A stretch of 50,340 nt of DNA, from the NCBI GenBank assembly GCA_963840885.1, contig CAWJAN010000003.1, positions 1 to 50,340 on the forward strand. Direction: 5' to 3'. The translations under genes were made by a program, and so were the position numbers. A model generated the notes under the pieces. That model did no database searches and was not told the origin of the DNA. It saw only the letters and a program-made list of their open reading frames with translations. Shown one piece after another: positions 20,349 to 29,787 of this stretch. Source of the stretch: an uncultured bacterium (GTDB lineage Bacteria > Patescibacteriota > Minisyncoccia > Phycocordibacterales > GWA1-40-21). The first letter of the stretch is position 1. Every line of letters starts with the position of its first letter.

Positions 20349-21227
20349 ATGAAATTATCGATTATTACTATTAATACGAAAAAGAAGGAGTTGACGATTC
20401 AGTGTATGGAATCGTTGTACGACGTGTATAGGGCTGAATTTGAGAACGGGATTATGGAGTTGATTATCGTGGATAACAATTCTGACGATGATTCGGTTGC
20501 ATCAATGAAAGCAGTGATTAAGAAAGGAAATTTTAAAAACTTCAATATTATCGAGAGTAATAAAAAGTTGGGGTTTGGATCGAATAATAATTTGGGTGTC
20601 AAGCAGGCCAAAGGTGAATATATTTTACTTTTGAACAACGATACTATTGTTAAGTCAGGCATAGTTGAAATGCTCGAGTATATGGAAAAGCATCCTGAAG
20701 CGGCAATTTTAGGGGGAAGTCTCAAGAACTTTGATGCAACCCCACAGCCTTCAGCGGGGAAGTTCTACACTCCTGTTAACGCAATCATGCTGATGCTAGG
20801 GATGCAGCGGTTCGACTTATTGGATACAAGTCCAAAAACGATTTCTCAAGTTGATTGGGTAAAAGGGGCGTTGCTTATGATTCGGAAAGATGTTTTTGAC
20901 AAGCTTGGGGGATTTGATGAGAAAATATTCATGTATACCGAAGATATGGAACTTTGCTACAGAGCACATCTGGTCGGCTATAAAATCTTTTTCTATCCGG
21001 AGGTTGACGTAAGGCATAAAGACCAGGGAAGTTCGAACAGGACGTTCGCTATCGTAAATATCTACAAGAATCTTCAATATTTTTACAAAAAACATCGGCC
21101 TATTTGGGAATATTGGCTCATTAAATTCGTGTTACGGACCAAAGCATCTGCTTTGGTAGTTATCGGTAAGCTGCTCAGAAACACTTATCTTACTTCAACT
21201 TATGAAGAAGCTTTGGCAACTACTTGA
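20349..21227 (+). CDS. glycosyltransferase family 2
   Basis: LSIITINTKKKE, IIVDNNSDDDS, LGFGSNNNLG, LLLNNDT, YTEDMELCYR. Confidence 0.85.
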   Translation: MKLSIITINTKKKELTIQCMESLYDVYRAEFENGIMELIIVDNNSDDDSVASMKAVIKKGNFKNFNIIESNKKLGFGSNNNLGVKQAKGEYILLLNNDTIVKSGIVEMLEYMEKHPEAAILGGSLKNFDATPQPSAGKFYTPVNAIMLMLGMQRFDLLDTSPKTISQVDWVKGALLMIRKDVFDKLGGFDEKIFMYTEDMELCYRAHLVGYKIFFYPEVDVRHKDQGSSNRTFAIVNIYKNLQYFYKKHRPIWEYWLIKFVLRTKASALVVIGKLLRNTYLTSTYEEALATT

Positions 21228-24200
21228 CGACTATCTGCTCAAATTTGGAGTCGCTGCACTCATCGTTTTTACAGCGCTCTATCCGAAACTCCCAAGTATA
21301 CAGATCACACATACCTGGGTGTATATCCGTCTGGAGGATTTTGCTATCGCCACGGTAGTTATTATTTGGGTTATTCAGTTGCTGAGGAGAAAGGTATCGC
21401 TCCCTAAGCCTGAAGGTTTAGCTATATTGGCATATTGGCTTGCAGGCTTCATATCGCTGGTTTATTGCCTTTTGTTCATCGGTCCGCATCTTTCTAACTT
21501 TTTCCCGAAGATTGCTGCTTTACAGTATCTCCGCCGCATCGAGTACATGGTCCTTTTCTTCGTTGCGTTTTCAACTATTAAATCAAAAAAAGACATACGC
21601 GACTATGTTATAACCCTTTTTGTTACCGTTTCCGGGGTTATTCTCTATGGCCTTGGTCAGCGTACATACCTCATTCTTTGGCATGCGTTCCCGAGTTTTT
21701 TCGCCAAATATCCTTTCTGTTTTCCGGCATTCCTTACCGGGAATGAAGAGTTTGCAAAAGGGATTCCGCTTTGTCTTAATGAGGCGAATCGTATCGCCTC
21801 TACGTTCGGCGGGCATTATGATCTGGCTGCGTATCTTGTTTTCGTTGTCCCAATACTCATCGGAGTCTTTTTAATTGTAAAAAAATGGTATTGGAAAGTA
21901 ATTACAGCTGTTGTGTCCTTATGCGCAGTCGAGCTTTTAAACTTTACGTCATCCAGAACATCGTTCGCGGCTTATCTAATGGGCGTTATCGCAATGTTAC
22001 TCTTCTGGAAAAAGAAACGGTGGATTATCCCAGTAGTTGGACTCAGTATAGTAGTGAGCGCTTTTTTCGGAAACACAACGCTTCAGCGTTTCGCAAAAAC
22101 AGTTCAAGTGGTAAAGGTGGTTACTATAAATAAAAACGGTAATAATTTGCCATCTAACCTCCAAAGCATTATCAATAAAACAAAGGATAATATAGAAAAC
22201 CAAACGCCACAACAACCGGCGCCGGGAACTATTACCACAGCTATGCCTCAGGTCGCTACGGGGAGCGGAAATATAACGACAGTTGTAACGGATGCCGAGT
22301 TGAAAAAACTCATGGCAGAAGACACAGCGATCTCATCTGTTTCCGGAAGCTTTCTCATTCAGAAAGCATACGCGCTCGATATCTCATTTACCACACGGTT
22401 CCAGGCGGAGTGGCCGAGGGATTGGACTGCTTTCCAGAGTAAACCGATTTTAGGGACAGGATACTCTACGCTAACGCTCGCCTCTGATAATGATTATTTA
22501 CGGGCATTAGGTGAAACGGGAGCGGTAGGATTTTTCGCGTTTTTCTTCATTTTCGTCATTTTCGGTATGTATATGAAGGAAACTATTCCATTTGTAAAGG
22601 ATGATATGACAAAGGCATTCGTATTTGGATTGGCGGGCGGTGTTGTTGGCTTACTCTGTAACGCAGTCTTAATCGACGTTTTTGAAGCATCAAAGGTCGC
22701 AGAGCCGTTATGGCTGTTGTTGGGAATTGCCGTAGGTGGCTTAGCGCTCTATCAGAAAAAGCCGGTTGAGTATAAGCAGTTACTATTCAAATTCTTTACT
22801 TCAAGCTGGCTCATCGCACTGTATCTCCTGATCGTTCTTGGGATCGTTTACTTGCCATTGATTAATAATTTTTTCGTCGCGGACGACTTTACTTGGCTTC
22901 ACTGGGCTGCCTCCGGATCATTTAGCGCAATTCCTCATTACTTTATCAACTCGTCAGGATTTTTCTATCGTCCTATTTCAAAGACTGTCATGCTTATTCT
23001 TTACACACTCTTCTCTTTCCAGCCCCAGGGATATCATATTTTCAACCTGTCTCTCCACTTCCTCGCGGCTTTCGCTGTCTATTTGCTCATGCAGCAGTTT
23101 TTCAAGAAAAAAGTTTTTTCAAGTCTCGCTGCATTCCTGTTTCTTATTTTGCCCGCGCAAGCTGAAAATGTTTTCTGGATTTCGACCATATCCACAAATC
23201 TTTCAACTGTTTTTATTCTTTACTCCATTATTGCATTTATTCGATTCAGAAAATCAGATTCAATACTCGCGTATTGCACTTCGCTGGTACTTGCCTTACT
23301 TGCCTTATTCTCTTATGAAGGGGCAATGATTGCCCCACTGCTTATCATCGCAACCGACGTTTATCTGAGTTCAAAAAAGTATTCAATGAAAAGTTTATGT
23401 ATGCTATTCCGTTTGTGATCTTTTCGATCGGATACATCATTATTCATCAAGCCGTTCATGCCGTAGGTATGGGTGGCGATTACTCGTATAGCCTACTTCA
23501 TTTACTCCCTAATACAGTCGGGAATTACATCGGATATTTGTCACTTTTCTTATTTGGTCAAAATGTACTACCTTTCTTTTCTTCATTGCGGCTCTCGCTG
23601 AAATCATACTCACTAGTGTTTGTAGGTGCAGGAGGTCTTGTTATAGCAGGATTGGTCTATCTCCTCGTAAAGCAGCAGAACAAACTTCGCTCAGTCTTGA
23701 GAAACAATCCCGGCAGGTTCGTAGTATTCACACTTTCATTTATATTCATTGCTCTCCTACCATTCTTGGGGCTGGGAAATATGTCGGAGCGATACGGCTA
23801 TGTAGCATCTGTCGGATTCGTAATGCTCGTGAGTTATGTGCTGATGTGGATTGTTGAAACGTTTGCGAAGAAAAAAGAAAAAGTCATCATCATATCAGTG
23901 GTAATCATATTTACCGTAGTACTCTTTGCCACCTCCCTTATATCCCTCAGTAAAGAAGCCCAAGATTGGAATAAGGCTAGTAATGTTACCGCCTATACGT
24001 TACGCTACATGCATGTGTTGTATGGTGATATTCCGCCGGGATCGACACTTTATTTCGTAAATACTCCGATCCGGACAGGGAACGCGTGGGTATTTCCAGT
24101 AGGTCTTCCTGATGGACTGTGGTTTATTTATAGTGATGACACACAAGTGGTTAAAAATACAGGAACCGTAGAGGAGGCGAAAGCTGAAGCAGCGGGATCG

Positions 24201-24260
24201 AAGAGTAAATCGTATATTTTTGAGTTTGACAAGGATATGAAAATTAAAATTGCTCAGTGA
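21202..24260 (+). CDS. large membrane protein: O-antigen ligase (Wzy_C)-like N-terminal half fused to a TMTC/PMT-like GT-C half; one frameshift near 23372
   Basis: The SSRTSFAAYLMGVIAMLLFWKKK region is typical of Wzy_C. Later FVADDFTWLHW, FYRPISK, GYHIFNLSLHF and LPAQAENVFWIS resemble TMTC/DUF1736-type transferases. ORFs 21202..23418 and 23397..24260 join as KVFNEKFMYAIPF at an A run. Confidence 0.6.
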
Positions 24261-24307
24261 TGGCCGACTAACGATTATATAATTTTCATACTATGGTTTA
24301 TTACATT

Positions 24308-24384
24308 ATTGTTCCATTGTTCGATTGCTCCATTGCTGAAGTAACAATTGAACAATGAGCGTAGCGATAGCAATGAAACAATGG
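24308..24384. repeat. CATTG/CAATG octamer-periodic palindromic element, copy 2
   Basis: attgttcc attgttcg attgctcc attgctga, loop, aacaattg aacaatga [gcgtagcgat] agcaatga aacaatgg. The last unit contains ATG 24381. Confidence 0.9.
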
Positions 24385-25973
24385 TGATGAATAACATTAA
24401 GCTTAAACAAAAGCTAGAAATAACGATTTTAGCTGTCATAATAATCCTGGCATTTACTGTCCGTTTATATCGGTTTAATAATCCGATAGCGGATTGGCAC
24501 GCGTGGAGACAGGGAGATACCTCGGCAGTTTCGCGGAACTTTGTGGCCCATGGGTTTGACCTGCTCCATCCTCAGTACGATGATATCTCCAATGTTCAAA
24601 CCGGCGTGGATAATCCCAAGGGATATCGGTTTTTGGAGTTCCCTCTGTATAACCTTTTCCAAGCTGGAGGATTTGTCATTTTCGGCGTATTTACTCTCGA
24701 AGAATGGGGCCGGCTCGTAACTATTCTGATCTCGATGCTCGCGATTGTCTTCGTATATCTTATCGGGAAACGCTATGCGAACAGTACGGTTGGTTTTATT
24801 TCGGCTGCATTTTTCGCATTTGTCCCGTATAACATTTACTATGATAGGACTATTCTGCCTGATCCTGCGATGACTATGGCAATTCTTGGGGGTATCTATT
24901 TTTTTGGAAAATGGATAGATACAATTTCAAATTTCAAATTTCAAATTTCAAATGAAAAAGGGAAAGGCAACAATGAAAATAAATCTCGTAAAGGTACGAA
25001 TTTTTCCAAAGCGTCCCACCACAACGGCGATAACTTTTCCAAAGTGTCAGAAGTGAGCGTTCAGAGTTTTTCATTCTTACTATTAGCAATTATTTTTACT
25101 GCGTGCGCGTTGCTCTTTAAACCATTCGCGATATTCTTTGTTTTGCCGATGGTGTATCTGGCGTATAAGCGGTTCGGGTGGAAGATGATTCTCAGATGGG
25201 AACTATGGGTATTTACCATACTATCAGTCGCCCCTCTGGCATGGTGGCGGTTGTGGATGCAGCAATATCCAGAAGGAATACCTTCAAATACATGGCTTTT
25301 TAATGGCGGGAATGTGCGGTTTACGAGGTCATATTTCAGATGGGTCTTCGGTTTACGTATTGGAGGCTTAATTTCAGGGTGGTTTGGGTTACTTGTCCTC
25401 GCGATTGGGTTTATCAAACGGCCAAAAACGGACATGCTCTTTTTTTATTCTTTTGCACTCTCGGCATTAGTGTATATATTAGTAATTGCGCGCGGAAACT
25501 TACAGCATGATTATTATCAAATTATCATTATCCCTACCATTGCTTTCTTTTTCGGTCTTGGCGGTGATTATTTGTTGCATGCGAGGTCGAAGCTACTCCC
25601 GAATCTCTCGGTTGGGATAGGAATATTTGCTGCTTGTGTGCTGGTTGGATGGTGGATTGCCTGGTACCAAGTCCGGGACTACTTCAATATCAACAATCCG
25701 TCGCTTATCGTTGCAGGTAAAGCCGTAGACAGGCTTACTCCGAAGAATGCGCTGGTTATTGCTCCGTTAGATGGCGATACGACGTTTCTTTATCAAACGA
25801 AGCGTAAGGGGTGGCCGAGCTTTGAACATTCCCTCCCTGATCTGATACAATTAGGGGCAGATTATCTGGTTTTAGCGAACCCGCAGCCAAAAGATTACGA
25901 TATTGGGAAAACATATAAAATTGTGTCAGCAAATAAAGATTATATCTTGTTTGATTTGCACAAAAAGCCCTGA
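24381..25973 (+). CDS. GT-C glycosyltransferase, ArnT/PMT_2 (GT39/GT83-like), with a low-complexity loop insertion
   Basis: RLYRFNNPIADWHAWRQGDT, then many TM helices. The upstream part of track ORF 24348 is repeat-encoded, so the start is placed at ATG 24381 (alternative 24387). Confidence 0.75.
   Translation: MVMNNIKLKQKLEITILAVIIILAFTVRLYRFNNPIADWHAWRQGDTSAVSRNFVAHGFDLLHPQYDDISNVQTGVDNPKGYRFLEFPLYNLFQAGGFVIFGVFTLEEWGRLVTILISMLAIVFVYLIGKRYANSTVGFISAAFFAFVPYNIYYDRTILPDPAMTMAILGGIYFFGKWIDTISNFKFQISNEKGKGNNENKSRKGTNFSKASHHNGDNFSKVSEVSVQSFSFLLLAIIFTACALLFKPFAIFFVLPMVYLAYKRFGWKMILRWELWVFTILSVAPLAWWRLWMQQYPEGIPSNTWLFNGGNVRFTRSYFRWVFGLRIGGLISGWFGLLVLAIGFIKRPKTDMLFFYSFALSALVYILVIARGNLQHDYYQIIIIPTIAFFFGLGGDYLLHARSKLLPNLSVGIGIFAACVLVGWWIAWYQVRDYFNINNPSLIVAGKAVDRLTPKNALVIAPLDGDTTFLYQTKRKGWPSFEHSLPDLIQLGADYLVLANPQPKDYDIGKTYKIVSANKDYILFDLHKKP
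24923..24950 (+). repeat. AATTTCA heptamer tract (4 exact units) inside a CDS
   Basis: aatttca x4 followed by aatg, translated ISNFKFQISN. It opens a roughly 50-aa low-complexity insert. Confidence 0.9.
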
Positions 25974-26047
25974 ACTGAATGCACGAGGTTTATGGTAAAT
26001 CATTACGTAAAATGATGCTAATTCAAGCTTGGAGAAGATTGTTCCAT

Positions 26048-26152
26048 TGCTAACGCTCACTATTGTTCGCTCATTGCTCCATTGTTGTTTTAACAATTGA
26101 ACAATGAAACGAGTCCGACTCGGTGAAACAATTGAACAATTCTTACATTCCA
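26048..26152. repeat. CATTG/CAATG octamer-periodic palindromic element, copy 3
   Basis: The left arm has attgttcc, attgctaa, attgttcg, attgctcc, attgttgt. The right arm is aacaattg aacaatga aac[gagtccgactcg]gtg aaacaattg aacaattc. Confidence 0.9.
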
Positions 26153-26189
26153 ATCGTGGATACAGTATGTTTCGGCAAATAATCAAATC

Positions 26190-27380
26190 ATGAATATCTT
26201 AATTGTCTCTTCCTATCTTCCGTACCCTCTTATGGATGGGGGGAATGTTCGGTTGTTTAATATCATCAAGGAACTCTCGAAGAAAAATAAAATTACGCTT
26301 GTTTGTGAGATCCGAGCGAAACAGACAGAGACGGATGTAAAGGAAGTAAAAAAGTACTGTGAGGAAATAATTGTCGTTCCTCATAAAAAGCCATGGACTT
26401 TTGAAAATATCGTAAAATCGACTTTTTCTCCGTATCCGCTCCTCCTTGTCATGCATACCTTCCCGGAAATGAAGAAAAAAATTGTGGAGGTACTCAATCG
26501 GAAACGGTTTGATGTTATTCATGTCGAGACCTTTTATGTGTTTCAAAATCTCCCGAAAACGTATTTGCCCACAGTATTAGTAGAGCACAATATCGAATAT
26601 CTCGTCTATTCGCGCTATGCGAAAACTGCCAGGCCATATCTTCGTCCGCTGCTATACGGAGATATTGCGAAAATAAAATACTGGGAACAGAAATTCTGGA
26701 AAAAGGCGACGAAAGTTTGTGCTGTAACAGAAGAAGAAAAACACAAAATGAATAGAAGTGATGTGTGCGTCGTCCCGAATGGAGTTGATACCCGTATCTA
26801 TACATTGGCGCGTGCGAAGGATAGGAAAACGAAAAAAGTTTTGTTTATTGGGAGCTTCAAGTGGATACAAAACAGAGATTCGGTAAAGTGGATAATTAAG
26901 GATATTTGGCCAAAAATTGTCGAGAAGTTGGAATCAAAAAAAGCCACTATTACGCCAATTCTTTGGATTGTCGGGAGAAATATACCTGAAGATATTAAAG
27001 CGCTAAAAACAGATTCCATCGCATTCGAGGAGCACGCTGATGATACTGTAAAAGTTTACCAACAGAGCGATATTCTTCTCGCCCCGATAAAAGTCGGCGG
27101 CGGCAGCAGTTATAAAGTCATCGAGGCCATGGCCAGCGGTGTGCCGGTCGTTACGACGAATCTAGCTGCGGATGCATTAGGCGCCAAAAATGGGACGCAG
27201 ATTATTACCGGCGAAACTGACGAAGAACTGGCTGATGCGACAGTCAATCTTTTGCAAAACGCTTCTTACTATGAAATAATCAGAAAGAATGCCAGAGGCC
27301 TGATAGAGCAGAAATATAACTGGGAGAGCATTACTAAGGCTCTAGAGAAGGTGTATTCCGACGTTTCACAGGAAGCTTGA
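26190..27380 (+). CDS. glycosyltransferase family 1 (GT4)
   Basis: Intact 396 aa. MNILIVSSYLPYPLMDGGNVR and GGGSSYKVIEAMASGVPVVTT. Confidence 0.9.
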   Translation: MNILIVSSYLPYPLMDGGNVRLFNIIKELSKKNKITLVCEIRAKQTETDVKEVKKYCEEIIVVPHKKPWTFENIVKSTFSPYPLLLVMHTFPEMKKKIVEVLNRKRFDVIHVETFYVFQNLPKTYLPTVLVEHNIEYLVYSRYAKTARPYLRPLLYGDIAKIKYWEQKFWKKATKVCAVTEEEKHKMNRSDVCVVPNGVDTRIYTLARAKDRKTKKVLFIGSFKWIQNRDSVKWIIKDIWPKIVEKLESKKATITPILWIVGRNIPEDIKALKTDSIAFEEHADDTVKVYQQSDILLAPIKVGGGSSYKVIEAMASGVPVVTTNLAADALGAKNGTQIITGETDEELADATVNLLQNASYYEIIRKNARGLIEQKYNWESITKALEKVYSDVSQEA

Positions 27381-27414
27381 AGGTTTTCTGCCAATAATAT
27401 TACGTATTTCTAGA

Positions 27415-27500
27415 ATTGTTCCATTGTTCGATTGTTTCATTGTTAAAGCGAAGCATAAAAAATCGCCTAGCAATTGAGCAATGAAGCAATGTAGCAATTG
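27415..27500. repeat. CATTG/CAATG octamer-periodic palindromic element, copy 4 (cleanest)
   Basis: attgttcc attgttcg attgtttc attgttaa, 22-nt spacer, agcaattg agcaatga agcaatgt agcaattg. Confidence 0.9.
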
Positions 27501-27553
27501 ATTAAAGAAAAATGTTTATTAAAAGAGCGAATATGAATTAGCAATAAATCTCT

Positions 27554-28483
27554 ATGAAGACTCCTGACTTATCAATCATAGTCCTTACCTACAACACCAA
27601 GCAAATAACATTGGATGCGGTGAAGTCGGTGGAAGAGAATTATCAGAAAGATGTGACTTCCGGGAATTTTGAACTCATCGTCTGCGATAATCAGTCGACA
27701 GACGGGACCCAAGACGCATTTGCTGAATATAAAAAGACAACAAAAATTAAAACATTTCACTTCGTAAATAATGGCGGCAACATCGGCTTTGGAGCAGGGA
27801 ACAAAAAAGGACTCCCTTATGCAAAAGGAAGGTATATTTTGTTCTTAAATCCCGACACTATTTCATATCCAAAAACAATTTCGTATATGGTTGATTTTAT
27901 GGATAACCACCCTGATGCAGGTGCAGCGTCGTGCAAGCTGATGAATAAAGATGGAAAGCTAGACTTTAATTGTCACCGTGGATTCCCTACCCCATGGAAT
28001 GCATTTTGTTATTTTTTGGGATTACAGAGAATGTTTCCCAAGAGTCGGCTATTCGCGGGCTATACCCAAGGCTGGAAGGATTTATCGACCTCACATGAAG
28101 TTGACGCGATCGAGGGAGCGTTTATGATTATTCCCCGTGAAGTTGGAGAAAAAGTGGGTTGGTGGGACGAAGACTACTTCTTTAACGGCGAAGACATACA
28201 GCTCTGTATGGATATCAAAAAAGCAGGCTATAAGATCTATTATGTCGGGGAAGTAAATATCATGCATATCGGCGGTGTCGCGATGGGTACGAAAAAGGCT
28301 ACCCAAAATATAACAACTGCGAACGTCGAGCAAAAACGAAAAATGCAAAACGCAAGATTCAGCGCGATGAAGATATTCTACGAAAAAAACTACGCCAAAG
28401 CCTATCCCCAGCCAGTCATGTGGGCAGTCTACAAAGGCATCGACTACCTCCATAAAAAAAACACTCCAAAAGTGCTTTCATAA
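27554..28483 (+). CDS. glycosyltransferase family 2
   Basis: LSIIVLTYNTKQ, LIVCDNQSTDGT, IGFGAGNKKG, LFLNPDT, NGEDIQLC. Confidence 0.9.
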   Translation: MKTPDLSIIVLTYNTKQITLDAVKSVEENYQKDVTSGNFELIVCDNQSTDGTQDAFAEYKKTTKIKTFHFVNNGGNIGFGAGNKKGLPYAKGRYILFLNPDTISYPKTISYMVDFMDNHPDAGAASCKLMNKDGKLDFNCHRGFPTPWNAFCYFLGLQRMFPKSRLFAGYTQGWKDLSTSHEVDAIEGAFMIIPREVGEKVGWWDEDYFFNGEDIQLCMDIKKAGYKIYYVGEVNIMHIGGVAMGTKKATQNITTANVEQKRKMQNARFSAMKIFYEKNYAKAYPQPVMWAVYKGIDYLHKKNTPKVLS

Positions 28484-28523
28484 AATGTGTTATTCTTAGA
28501 ATGACTTACTTCAATCGCGCCAC

Positions 28524-28630
28524 GTCATTGCGAATCAGTCCGCAGACTGGTGCGGCAATCTTATTAGGTTACATTTAATCTGGTTTTCACGAGATTGCCG
28601 CGTCGCTCGGATGCCGCTCCTCGCAATGAC
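28524..28630. mobile_element. 107-bp MITE-like element of the GTCATT...AATCT hairpin-TIR family
   Basis: GTCATTGCGA-N18-GCGGCAATCT at 28524-28561. Its inverted copy AGATTGCCGC-N19-TCGCAATGAC ends at 28630. No ORF is needed to explain it. Confidence 0.7.
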
Positions 28631-28654
28631 GAAAATTACGCTATAATAATAACC

Positions 28655-29787
28655 ATGAGAGTAGGAATTGATGCGAGGTTGTGGGATGAGACGGGGATTG
28701 GGAGATATATTCGGAATTTAGTAAAGTATCTTCAGGAAGTTGATCAAGCGAATGAGTATGTTTTGTTCGTATTAGGTAAAGATTATGGGAATGTCAAAGC
28801 ACTAATTTCTAATAAAAAATGGAAAGTAGTGATAGCTGATGTTCGGTGGCATAGTTTTGCAGAACAGATCAAGCTTTCAGGCATTTTATATAAGGAGAAG
28901 CTTGATCTGATGCACTTTCCCTATTATTCTTACCCCATTTTATATAGCGGAAAGTTTGTTGCCACTATTCATGACCTCATCCTTCTCCATTTTCCCACAG
29001 GAAAAGCGTCGAATTTGCCCCATGTTTTTTATAAAGCAAAACTATTCGCGTATAAATTGCTTACGAGGAACGCGGTGTTGCATGCTCAGCAAATTATTGC
29101 TGTATCAAATGCCACGAAACAGGAAATTGTAGATCACTACCATATTCCTAAAGATAAAATTACCGTAACATACGAAGGGGTAGATGAGCGCATGGATGGA
29201 CAACAGAATAAGCTTGTTGATACTAGATACAAAATACTACATACTAAATACTTTCTTTACGTCGGGAACGCCTATCCTCACAAAAATCTTGAAAGACTTA
29301 TCCAAGCGTTTGGGATATTTAAAAAAGATAATGGTTCAGATGTAAAGCTTATCTTAGTTGGTAAGAATAACTATTTTTATAAGCGGTTGGAGAAAACAAT
29401 TGACGCGTATAGTCTGCGCTCTGATATATTGGTTTTCCACGACGTTAACGATGAAGCGCTTGGGTACTTATATAAAAATGCGATTGCAACGGTTATCCCA
29501 TCGCTGATGGAGGGGTTCGGTCTTCCGGCTCTTGAGGCTATGAGTCAGAAATGCCTGGTAGTCGCGTCTGATATTCCATCAATCCGTGAAATTTGCGGAA
29601 TAACGCGTTATACTTTGACCTAAAAGTGATAAAGGATATTGCCGGCACGCTTTCTATGGTATATAAGAAGAGGAATGATTTTTCGGCACAAAAAACAGAT
29701 GGGGTGAAAAAAACATCTCAATTTTCCTGGAAGAAAATGGCTGCAGAAACAAAACAAGTTTATGAAAGTAGCGTTCGTATACGATAG
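28655..29787 (+). CDS. glycosyltransferase family 1 (GT4); one frameshift near 29600
   Basis: MRVGIDARLWDETGIGRYIRN, FLYVGNAYPHKN, PSLMEGFGLPALEAM. The C-terminus continues as NNALYFDL...SWKKMAAETKQVY (ORF 29593..29787). The first 20 codons of track ORF 28595 are repeat-encoded. Confidence 0.85.
29221..29255 (-). repeat. TACTNNN heptamer tract (5 units, AGTAT family in reverse orientation) inside a CDS
   Basis: tactaga tacaaaa tactaca tactaaa tactttc, translated DTRYKILHTKYF. Confidence 0.85.

Noticed and set aside
26199-27019. Series of minus-strand ORFs (26199..26546, 26515..26805, 26652..26870, 26798..27019), and similar antisense ORFs elsewhere (for example 2019..2417, 9232..9468, 45365..45718, 49263..49707)
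   Set aside because: They are shadow ORFs opposite well-supported + strand genes (GT1, dehydrogenase, murE, murA). They are low-complexity, motif-free and mutually overlapping.
28595-28654. 20-codon N-terminal extension (MPRRSDAAPRNDENYAIIIT) of the GT1 ORF
   Set aside because: It is encoded by the right arm of the hairpin-TIR repeat. Paralogous GT1 proteins start at the equivalent of MRVGIDARLW (ATG 28655).
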